Shown here piece after piece: positions 25,205-33,618 of a stretch of DNA of 33,618 nt. Each line of letters opens with the position of its first letter. The first letter of the stretch is position 1. This DNA is from a virus (lineage: Duplodnaviria; Heunggongvirae; Uroviricota; Caudoviricetes), in IMG/VR virus record IMGVR_UViG_2698536590_000004, positions 1-33,618 of that record, one strand, 5' to 3'. The position numbers and the translations under genes are program-made. Under the pieces are notes generated by a model that saw only the letters and a list, made by a program, of their open reading frames with translations, was not told the origin of the DNA and did not search any database.

Positions 25205-27092
25205 TGCAGCCGGTGCGATAGCAACAGGGCTTGTATCTCTCAATATTCCGGTACCACTGACGACAGTTCAGTGGGCTGATCAGCATTATTATCTGCCAAA
25301 AGAGTCTTCATATACTCCCGGGCAATGGGAAACACTGCCGTTTCAGGTTGCCATCATGAACAGCATGGGGAATGACCGGATCCGCACCGTTAATCTGATT
25401 AAATCGGCGCGTGTTGGTTACACCAAAATGCTGTTGGGGGTGGAGGCTTATTTTATTGAACACAAATCCCGTAACAGCCTGCTTTTTCAGCCGACAGATT
25501 CTGCGGCAGAAGATTTTATGAAATCCCATGTCGAACCAACGATAAGAGACGTTCCTGTATTACTGGAGCTGGCTCCGTGGTTTGGCAGAAAACATCGGGA
25601 CAACACGCTTACCCTGAAACGTTTCTCCTCCGGTGTGGGATTCTGGTGTCTGGGCGGAGCTGCTGCCAAAAACTACCGTGAAAAATCTGTGGATGTGGTC
25701 TGCTATGACGAACTCTCCTCGTTTGAACCGGATGTGGAAAAAGAAGGTTCACCAACTCTGCTTGGCGATAAGCGTATCGAAGGTTCGGTATGGCCTAAAT
25801 CCATACGCGGCTCAACGCCCAAAATTAAAGGTTTTTGCCAGATTGAAAAAGCCGCGAACGAATCTGCACATTTTATGCGGTTTTATGTGCCATGCCCTCA
25901 TTGTGGTGAAGCCCAGTATCTGAAGTTTGGCGATGATGCGACAACCTTTGGCCTGAAATGGGAGAAGGGCAAGCCGGAGACGGTGTATTACCTGTGTGAA
26001 CATAATGGCTGCGCGATCCGTCAGTCGGAACTTGACCAGACCGACGGGCGGTGGATTTGTGACAATACCGGGATGTGGACGCGTGACGGTCTGACATTTT
26101 ACAGCGCCGGTGATGAGGAAATCCCGCCACCGCGCTCAATCTCGTACCACATCTGGACGGCATACAGCCCGTTCACCACCTGGGTACAGATTGTTTATGA
26201 CTGGCTTGATGCACTGAAGGATCCGAATGGCGTCAAGACGTTCATTAACACCACGCTGGGGGAGCCTTATGAAGAGGCTGTGGCAGAAAAACTGAGCTTT
26301 GAGTTATTGCTGGAAAAAGTCTGCCACTATGATGCGCAGGTTCCCCTGCGGGTGGTTTACCTGACCGCAGGGATCGACTCTCAGAAAAACCGTTATGAGA
26401 TTTATGTCTGGGGCTGGGCTCCTGGCGAAGAAGCTTTTCTGATTGACAAGCAGATCATCATGGGGAGACCGGAAGATGAGGACACCCTTAAACGCGTTGA
26501 TGCCGTGATCCGGAAAAAATACCGTCATGCAGATGGCACTGAAATTTCCATTTCCCGCGTCTGCTGGGATACCGGTGGTATTGACCAGGACATTGTGTAT
26601 CAGCGATCCAGAAAACACGGCACTTTTTTTGTGCTCCCCATCAAAGGGGCGTCGGTGTACGGCAAGCCGGTGATCACCATGCCAAAAAAGCGAAACCAGC
26701 GTGGGGTGTTTTTGTGTGAGGTGGGTTCCGATACCGTCAAGGAAATGCTGTATGCGCGTTTTGCCCTGCCGGTGGTATCTGCCAGTGAAGTCGCACCGTA
26801 TACCTTCCGTTTTCCGGATAACCCGGACATTTTTTCTGATGTTGAAGCTAAACAACTCGTGGCAGAAGAGCTGGTTGAAAAAGTTGTGAACGGGCGGGTG
26901 AAACTCCAGTGGGATGCCAGAAAACGGCGTAATGAAGCTCTGGACTGTCTGGTGTATGCCTATGCAGCGCTGCGCATTTCCGTTCAGCGGTGGCAACTGG
27001 ATCTGGATGCACTGGCCCGCGCCAGAAGAGATGAACAGGACGACGATGAAATGACTATTGAAGAAATCGCGGCTGCTCTGAGTGGAGGATAA
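25173..27092 (+). CDS. A: Terminase large subunit (lambda gpA homolog)
   Basis: 639-aa ORF with extensive similarity to lambda gpA as I recall it ([65 protein letters not shown]); start overlaps the Nu1 end. Confidence 0.95.
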   Translation: MMISDAQKAANAAGAIATGLVSLNIPVPLTTVQWADQHYYLPKESSYTPGQWETLPFQVAIMNSMGNDRIRTVNLIKSARVGYTKMLLGVEAYFIEHKSRNSLLFQPTDSAAEDFMKSHVEPTIRDVPVLLELAPWFGRKHRDNTLTLKRFSSGVGFWCLGGAAAKNYREKSVDVVCYDELSSFEPDVEKEGSPTLLGDKRIEGSVWPKSIRGSTPKIKGFCQIEKAANESAHFMRFYVPCPHCGEAQYLKFGDDATTFGLKWEKGKPETVYYLCEHNGCAIRQSELDQTDGRWICDNTGMWTRDGLTFYSAGDEEIPPPRSISYHIWTAYSPFTTWVQIVYDWLDALKDPNGVKTFINTTLGEPYEEAVAEKLSFELLLEKVCHYDAQVPLRVVYLTAGIDSQKNRYEIYVWGWAPGEEAFLIDKQIIMGRPEDEDTLKRVDAVIRKKYRHADGTEISISRVCWDTGGIDQDIVYQRSRKHGTFFVLPIKGASVYGKPVITMPKKRNQRGVFLCEVGSDTVKEMLYARFALPVVSASEVAPYTFRFPDNPDIFSDVEAKQLVAEELVEKVVNGRVKLQWDARKRRNEALDCLVYAYAALRISVQRWQLDLDALARARRDEQDDDEMTIEEIAAALSGG

Positions 27093-27305
27093 GTGATGAT
27101 TTATACGCATGAAATGCTATGCGATGCCCGCCGGGCGTTACATGAACTGATGATCGGACGTGCTGTGGTTTCCGTCAGCAAGGACGGGCGTCAGGTTCAG
27201 TATTCGCGGGCGACAATTGGTGAACTGCGTCAGTATATTGAAGAGCTGGAAAGTGCGCTGGGTGTATCCGGACGGCGTCGTGGCCCGGCAGGAGTGGGGC
27301 TGTGA
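27093..27305 (+). CDS. W: Head-tail joining protein W (lambda gpW homolog)
   Basis: 70-aa ORF immediately after A; ARRALHELMIGRAVVSVSKDGRQVQYSRATIGELRQYIEELE...RRRGPAG resembles lambda gpW. Confidence 0.85.
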   Translation: MMIYTHEMLCDARRALHELMIGRAVVSVSKDGRQVQYSRATIGELRQYIEELESALGVSGRRRGPAGVGL

Positions 27306-27898
27306 ACGGGGAACTGGTGGATATTCATGGGCAGCCTTTACGGCAAAGCATGGGATATTCTGGTGGTGGTTCCGGGTTCGGTGGGCAAATGGCAGAATGG
27401 CTGCCTGCACCGGAAAGTGCCGACGTGGCGCTCTTACCTTCCATTCATCTGGGTAACGCCCGCGCGGATGAGCTGGTCCGTAACAACGGTATTGCATCGA
27501 ATGCAGTGGAAATTCATAAGGATCATATTGTCGGGCACATGTTTCGTCTGAGTTACCGTCCCAACTGGCGCTGGCTGGGGATGTCGGAAGCAGATTCACA
27601 TGCTTTTATTGAAGATGTTGAGGCGGCGTGGATGGAATACTGCGATCCGGTGTTTGGTACGATGGATGTGGAAGGGCGTCGTTCGTTTACCGAATTTATT
27701 CGTGAAGGGGTGGGGGTCCATACGTTTAACGGTGAAATTTTTGTCCAGCCCGTATGGGATGCGGAATCCACGTCATTATTCCGGACGAAATTCAAAACCA
27801 TCAGCCCGAAGCGTGTCAGTACACCCGGTTATGGTACCCGAACACGGCACTGGTCGGTGTACAGGTGGACTCGGAGCAGTTCGGCAGCCAGCAGGTGA
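27302..27898 (+). pseudogene. B: Portal protein B, N-terminal fragment only (B'), fused by deletion to the J region
   Basis: Resembles the lambda portal N-terminus (YSGGGSGFGG, LVRNNG, FNGEIFVQ, LFRTKFKTISPKR) for about 175 aa, then runs into J-derived sequence out of frame and stops at 27898; a full portal is about 530 aa. Confidence 0.8.
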
Positions 27899-30600
27899 GT
27901 CGTAATTATCATCTTCGCGGGCGCATTCTGCAGGTGCCGTCGAACTATAACCCGCAGACGCGGCAATACAGCGGTATCTGGGACGGAACGTTTAAACCGG
28001 CATACAGCAACAACATGGCCTGGTGTCTGTGGGATATGCTGACCCATCCGCGCTACGGCATGGGGAAACGTCTTGGTGCGGCGGATGTGGATAAATGGGC
28101 GCTGTATGTCATCGGCCAGTACTGCGACCAGTCAGTGCCGGACGGCTTTGGCGGCACGGAGCCGCGCATCACCTGTAATGCGTACCTGACCACACAGCGT
28201 AAGGCGTGGGATGTGCTCAGCGATTTCTGCTCGGCGATGCGCTGTATGCCGGTATGGAACGGGCAGACGCTGACGTTCGTGCAGGACCGACCGTCGGATA
28301 AGGCGTGGACCTATAACCGCAGTAATGTGGTGATGCCGGATGATGGCGCGCCGTTCCGCTACAGCTTCAGCGCCCTGAAGGACCGCCATAATGCCGTTGA
28401 GGTGAACTGGATTGACCCGAACAACGGCTGGGAGACGGCGACAGAGCTTGTTGAAGATACGCAGGCCATTGCCCGTTACGGTCGTAATGTTACGAAGATG
28501 GATGCCTTTGGCTGTACCAGCCGGGGGCAGGCACACCGCGCCGGGCTGTGGCTGATTAAAACAGAACTGCTGGAAACGCAGACCGTGGATTTCAGCGTCG
28601 GCGCAGAAGGGCTTCGCCATGTACCGGGCGATGTTATTGAAATCTGCGATGATGACTATGCCGGTATCAGCACCGGTGGTCGTGTGCTGGCGGTGAACAG
28701 CCAGACCCGGACGCTGACGCTCGACCGTGAAATCACGCTGCCATCCTCCGGTACCGCGCTGATAAGCCTGGTTGACGGAAGTGGCAATCCGGTCAGCGTG
28801 GAGGTTCAGTCCGTCACCGACGGCGTGAAGGTAAAAGTGAGCCGTGTTCCTGACGGTGTTGCTGAATACAGCGTATGGGGGCTGAAGCTGCCGACGCTGC
28901 GCCAGCGACTGTTCCGCTGCGTGAGTATCCGTGAGAACGACGACGGCACGTATGCCATCACCGCCGTGCAGCATGTGCCGGAAAAAGAGGCCATCGTGGA
29001 TAACGGGGCGCACTTTGACGGCGAACAGAGTGGCACGGTGAATGGTGTCACGCCGCCAGCGGTGCAGCACCTGACCGCAGAAGTCACTGCAGACAGCGGG
29101 GAATATCAGGTGCTGGCGCGATGGGACACACCGAAGGTGGTGAAGGGCGTGAGCTTCCTGCTCCGTCTGACCGTAACAGCGGACGACGGCAGTTAGCGGC
29201 TGGTCAGCACGGCCCGGACGACGGAAACCACATACCGCTTCACGCAACTGGCGCTGGGGAACTACAGGCTGACAGTCCGGGCGGTAAATGCGTGGGGGCA
29301 GCAGGGCGATCCGGCGTCGGTATCGTTCCGGATTGCCGCACCGGCAGCACCGTCGAGGATTGAGCTGACGCCGGGCTATTTTCAGATAACCGCCACGCCG
29401 CATCTTGCCGTTTATGACCCGACGGTACAGTTTGAGTTCTGGTTCTCGGAAAAGCAGATTGCGGATATCAGACAGGTTGAAACCAGCGCGCGTTATCTTG
29501 GTACGGCGCTGTACTGGATAGCCGCCAGTATCAATATCAAACCGGGCCATGATTATTACTTTTATATCCGCAGTGTGAACACCGTTGGCAAATCGGCATT
29601 CGTGGAGTCCGTCGGTCGGGCGAGCGATGATGCGGAAGGTTACCTGGATTTTTTCAAAGGCAAGATAACCGAATCCCATCTCGGCAAGGAGCTGCTGGAA
29701 AAAGTCGATCTGACGGAGGATAACGCCAGCAGACTGGAGGAGTTTTCGAAAGAGTGGAAGGACGCCAACGATAAGTGGAATGCCATGTGGGCTGTCAAAA
29801 TTGAGCAGACCAAAGACGGCAAACATTATGTCGCGGGTATTGGCCTCAGCATGGAGGACACGGAGGAAGGCAAACTGAGCCAGTTTCTGGTTGCCGCCAA
29901 TCGTATCGCGTTTATTGACCCGGCAAACGGGAATGAAACGCCGATGTTTGTGGCGCAGGGCAACCAGATATTCATGAACGACGTGTTCCTGAAGCGCCTG
30001 ACGGCCCCCACCATTACCAGCGGCGGCAATCCTCCGGCCTTTTCCCTGACACCGGACGGAAAGCTGACCGCTAAAAATGCGGATATCAGTGGCAGTGTGA
30101 ATGCGAACTCCGGGACGCTCAGTAATGTGACGATAGCTGAAAACTGTACGATAAACGGTACGCTGAGGGCGGAAAAAATCGTCGGGGACATTGTAAAGGC
30201 GGCGAGCGCGGCTTTTCCGCGCCAGCGTGAAAGCAGTGTGGACTGGCCGTCAGGTACCCGTACTGTCACCGTGACCGATGACCATCCTTTTGATCGCCAG
30301 ATAGTGGTGCTTCCGCTGACGTTTCGCGGAAGTAAGCGTACTGTCAGCGGCAGGACAACGTATTCGATGTGTTATCTGAAAGTACTGATGAACGGTGCGG
30401 TGATTTATGATGGCGCGGCGAACGAGGCGGTACAGGTGTTCTCCCGTATTGTTGACATGCCAGCGGGTCGGGGAAACGTGATCCTGACGTTCACGCTTAC
30501 GTCCACACGGCATTCGGCAGATATTCCGCCGGATACGTTTGCCAGCGATGTGCAGGTTATGGTGATTAAGAAACAGGCGCTGGGCATCAGCGTGGTCTGA
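27754..30600 (+). pseudogene. J: Tail tip/host-specificity protein J, C-terminal ~930 codons only ('J), with an in-frame TAG at 29194-29196
   Basis: J-like sequence begins near 27815 (LWYPNTALVGVQVDSEQFG...) and runs to 30600 in one frame, interrupted by a single TAG; the N-terminal part of J and all genes between B and J are absent. Confidence 0.8.
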
Positions 30601-30661
30601 GTGTGTTACAGAGGTTCGTCCGGGAACGGGCGTTTTATTATAAAACAGTGAGAGGTGAACG

Positions 30662-31282
30662 ATGCGTAATGTGTGTATTGCCGTTGCTGTCTTTGCCGCA
30701 CTTGCGGTGACAGTCACTCCGGCCCGTGCGGAAGGTGGACATGGTACGTTTACGGTGGGCTATTTTCAGGTGAAACCGGGTACATTGCCGTCGTTGTCGG
30801 GCGGGGATACCGGTGTGAGTCATCTGAAAGGGATTAACGTGAAGTACCGTTATGAGCTGACGGACAGTGTGGGGGTGATGGCTTCCCTGGGGTTCGCCGC
30901 GTCGAAAAAGAGCAGCACAGTGATGACCGGGGAGGATACGTTTCACTATGAGAGCCTGCGTGGACGTTATGTGAGCGTGATGGCCGGACCGGTTTTACAA
31001 ATCAGTAAGCAGGTCAGTGCGTACGCCATGGCCGGAGTGGCTCACAGTCGGTGGTCCGGCAGTACAAGGGATTACCGTAAGACGGAAATCACTCCCGGGT
31101 ATATGAAAGAGACGACCACCGCCAGGGACGAAAGTGCAATGCGGCATACCTCAGTGGCGTGGAGTGCAGGTATACAGATTAATCCGGCAGCGTCCGTCGT
31201 TGTTGATATTGCTTATGAAGGCTCCGGCAGTGGCGACTGGCGTACTGACGGATTCATCGTTGGGGTCGGTTATAAATTCTGA
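30662..31282 (+). CDS. lom: Lom outer-membrane protein (Ail/Lom family)
   Basis: 206-aa ORF with signal peptide and beta-barrel-like alternation; C-terminal DGFIVGVGYKF; position after J as in lambda. Confidence 0.9.
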   Translation: MRNVCIAVAVFAALAVTVTPARAEGGHGTFTVGYFQVKPGTLPSLSGGDTGVSHLKGINVKYRYELTDSVGVMASLGFAASKKSSTVMTGEDTFHYESLRGRYVSVMAGPVLQISKQVSAYAMAGVAHSRWSGSTRDYRKTEITPGYMKETTTARDESAMRHTSVAWSAGIQINPAASVVVDIAYEGSGSGDWRTDGFIVGVGYKF

Positions 31283-31340
31283 TTAGCCAGGTAACACAGT
31301 GTTATGACAGCCCGCCGGAACCGGTGGGCTTTTTTGTGGG

Positions 31341-33037
31341 GTGAATATGGCAGTAAAGATTTCAGGAGTCCTGAAAGACGGCACAGGAAAACCGGTACAG
31401 AACTGCACCATTCAGCTGAAAGCCAGACGTAACAGCACCACGGTGGTGGTGAACACGGTGGGCTCAGAGAATCCGGATGAAGCCGGGCGTTACAGCATGG
31501 ATGTGGAGTACGGTCAGTACAGTGTCATCCTGCAGGTTGACGGTTTTCCACCATCGCACGCCGGGACCATCACCGTGTATGAAGATTCACAACCGGGGAC
31601 GCTGAATGATTTTCTCTGTGCCATGACGGAGGATGATGCCCGGCCGGAGGTGCTGCGTCGTCTTGAACTGATGGTGGAAGAGGTGGCGCGTAACGCGTCC
31701 GTGGTGGCACAGAGTACGGCAGACGCGAAGAAATCAGCCGGCGATGCCAGTGCATCAGCTGCTCAGGTCGCGGCCCTTGTGACTGATGCAACTGACTCAG
31801 CACGCGCCGCCAGCACGTCCGCCGGACAGGCTGCATCGTCAGCTCAGGAAGCGTCCTCCGGCGCAGAAGCGGCATCAGCAAAGGCCACTGAAGCGGAAAA
31901 AAGTGCCGCAGCCGCAGAGTCCTCAAAAAACGCGGCGGCCACCAGTGCCGGTGCGGCGAAAACGTCAGAAACGAATGCTGCAGCGTCACAACAATCAGCC
32001 GCCACGTCTGCCTCCACCGCGGCCACGAAAGCGTCAGAGGCCGCCACTTCAGCACGAGATGCGGTGGCCTCAAAAGAGGCAGCAAAATCATCAGAAACGA
32101 ACGCATCATCAAGTGCCGGTCGTGCAGCTTCCTCGGCAACGGCGGCAGAAAATTCTGCCAGGGCGGCAAAAACGTCCGAGACGAATGCCAGGTCATCTGA
32201 AACAGCAGCGGAACGGAGCGCCTCTGCCGCGGCAGACGCAAAAACAGCGGCGGCGGGGAGTGCGTCAACGGCATCCACGAAGGCGACAGAGGCTGCGGGA
32301 AGTGCGGTATCAGCATCGCAGAGCAAAAGTGCGGCAGAAGCGGCGGCAATACGTGCAGAAAATTCGGCAAAACGTGCAGAAGATATAGCTTCAGCTGTCG
32401 CGCTTGAGGATGCGGACACAACGAGAAAGGGGATAGTGCAGCTCAGCAGTGCAACCAACAGCACGTCTGAAACGCTTGCTGCAACGCCAAAGGCGGTTAA
32501 GGTGGTAATGGATGAAACGAACAGAAAAGCCCCACTGGACAGTCCGGCACTGACCGGAACGCCAACAGCACCAACCGCGCTCAGGGGAACAAACAATACC
32601 CAGATTACGGCACCAAATCGACGAATAACACGGGGGCTCATGCTCACAGTCTGAGCGGTTCAACAGGGGCCGCGGGTGCTCATGCCCACACAAGTGGTTT
32701 AAGGATGAACAGTTCTGGCTGGAGTCAGTATGGAACAGCAACCATTACAGGAAGTTTATCCACAGTTAAAGGAACCAACACACAGGGTATTGCTTATTTA
32801 TCGAAAACGGACAGTCAGGGCAGCCACAGTCACTCATTGTCCGGTACAGCCGTGAGTGCCGGTGCACATGCGCATACAGTTGGTATTGGTGCGCACCAGC
32901 ATCCGGTTGTTATCGGTGCTCATGCCCATTCTTTCAGTATTGGTTCACACGGACACACCATCACCGTTAACGCTGCGGGTAACGCGGAAAACACAGTCAA
33001 AAACATTGCATTTAACTATATTGTGAGGCTTGCATAA
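31341..33037 (+). pseudogene. stf: Side tail fibre gene stf, disrupted by a frame change/internal deletion
   Basis: N-terminal ORF 31341..32654 (GTG start; Ala/Ser-rich repeats; ...[19 protein letters not shown] then out-of-frame tail). The conserved C-terminus ([14 protein letters not shown]...[32 protein letters not shown]...[11 protein letters not shown]) is in another frame ending at 33037. Confidence 0.7.
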
Positions 33038-33618
33038 TGGCATTCAGAATGAGTGAACAACCACGGACCATAAAAATTTATAATCTGCTGGCCGGAACTA
33101 ATGAATTTATTGGTGAAGGTGACGCATATATTCCGCCTCATACCGGTCTGCCTGCAAACAGTACCGATATTGCACCGCCAGATATTCCGGCTGGCTTTGT
33201 GGCTGTTTTCAACAGTGATGAGGCATCGTGGCATCTCGTTGAAGACCATCGGGGTAAAACCGTCTATGACGTGGCTTCCGGCGACGCGTTATTTATTTCT
33301 GAACTCGGTCCGTTACCGGAAAATTTTACCTGGTTATCGCCGGGAGGGGAATATCAGAAGTGGAACGGCACAGCCTGGGTGAAGGATACGGAAGCAGAAA
33401 AACTGTTCCGGATCCGGGAGGCGGAAGAAACAAAAAAAAGCCTGATGCAGGTAGCCAGTGAGCATATTGCGCCGCTTCAGGATGCTGCAGATCTGGAAAT
33501 TGCAACGGAGGAAGAAACCTCGTTGCTGGAAGCCTGGAAGAAGTATCGGGTATTGCTGAACCGTGTTGATACATCAACTGCACCTGATATTGAGTGGCCG
33601 ACTTCACCTGCAGAGTAA
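33037..33618 (+). CDS. tfa: Tail fibre assembly protein Tfa
   Basis: 193-aa ORF beginning [41 protein letters not shown], closely resembling lambda Tfa as I recall it; start overlaps the stf stop (TAATG); ends with TAA at the window edge. Confidence 0.9.
   Translation: MAFRMSEQPRTIKIYNLLAGTNEFIGEGDAYIPPHTGLPANSTDIAPPDIPAGFVAVFNSDEASWHLVEDHRGKTVYDVASGDALFISELGPLPENFTWLSPGGEYQKWNGTAWVKDTEAEKLFRIREAEETKKSLMQVASEHIAPLQDAADLEIATEEETSLLEAWKKYRVLLNRVDTSTAPDIEWPTSPAE

Noticed and set aside
26304-29826. Large antisense ORFs within gpA and J (26304..27110 -, 28132..29826 -)
   Set aside because: They lie wholly inside strongly homologous sense-strand genes; translations are low-complexity and Arg/Pro-rich, typical of antisense frames in GC-rich coding DNA.
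31570-32647. Long overlapping ORFs on both strands across stf (31570..32421 -, 31844..32647 -, 31786..32388 +)
   Set aside because: They arise from the GC-rich Ala/Ser repeat region of stf, which stays open in several frames; no RBS or independent homology. The stf frame is the coding one.
1-33618. CRISPR arrays, rRNA or tRNA genes
   Set aside because: No regularly spaced direct repeats with unique spacers and no convincing tRNA cloverleaf or rRNA-like conserved stretch; the only short tandem repeats are the replication iterons.

Overview
The window is a near-complete but defective (cryptic) lambdoid prophage of an enterobacterial, E. coli-like host. Left to right: a DUF2335-type membrane protein gene; leftward int-xis-RecE-like exonuclease operon; a highly structured non-coding region and small accessory genes in the rexAB/sieB-type slot; cI-like (S24 peptidase) repressor with cro-like and YdaT-like genes; an O-like replication gene with internal iterons; an AT-rich two-gene island (AbiH-like protein plus an uncharacterised 463-aa partner), which is my best candidate for an undescribed anti-phage system; an orphan hok toxin; DUF968-rusA-Q; PR'/tR'; ORF6N and AraC-family morons; a holin-like/GH108 endolysin lysis cassette followed by an IS66-family insertion; bor and a DUF1398 gene; an IS3 copy; cos-Nu1-A-W; a portal(B)-to-J deletion fusion that removes all head and most tail genes; lom, a disrupted stf and tfa. 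No rRNA, tRNA or CRISPR array was seen. All family assignments come from reading the translations against remembered family signatures and lambda proteins; no search was run. CDS coordinates follow the supplied ORF track (stop codon included), with starts trimmed where an internal start with a Shine-Dalgarno was evident. Non-CDS coordinates were counted by hand; my counts disagreed with the ORF track by 1 bp around 32.6-33.0 kb, so treat them as accurate to a few bp.
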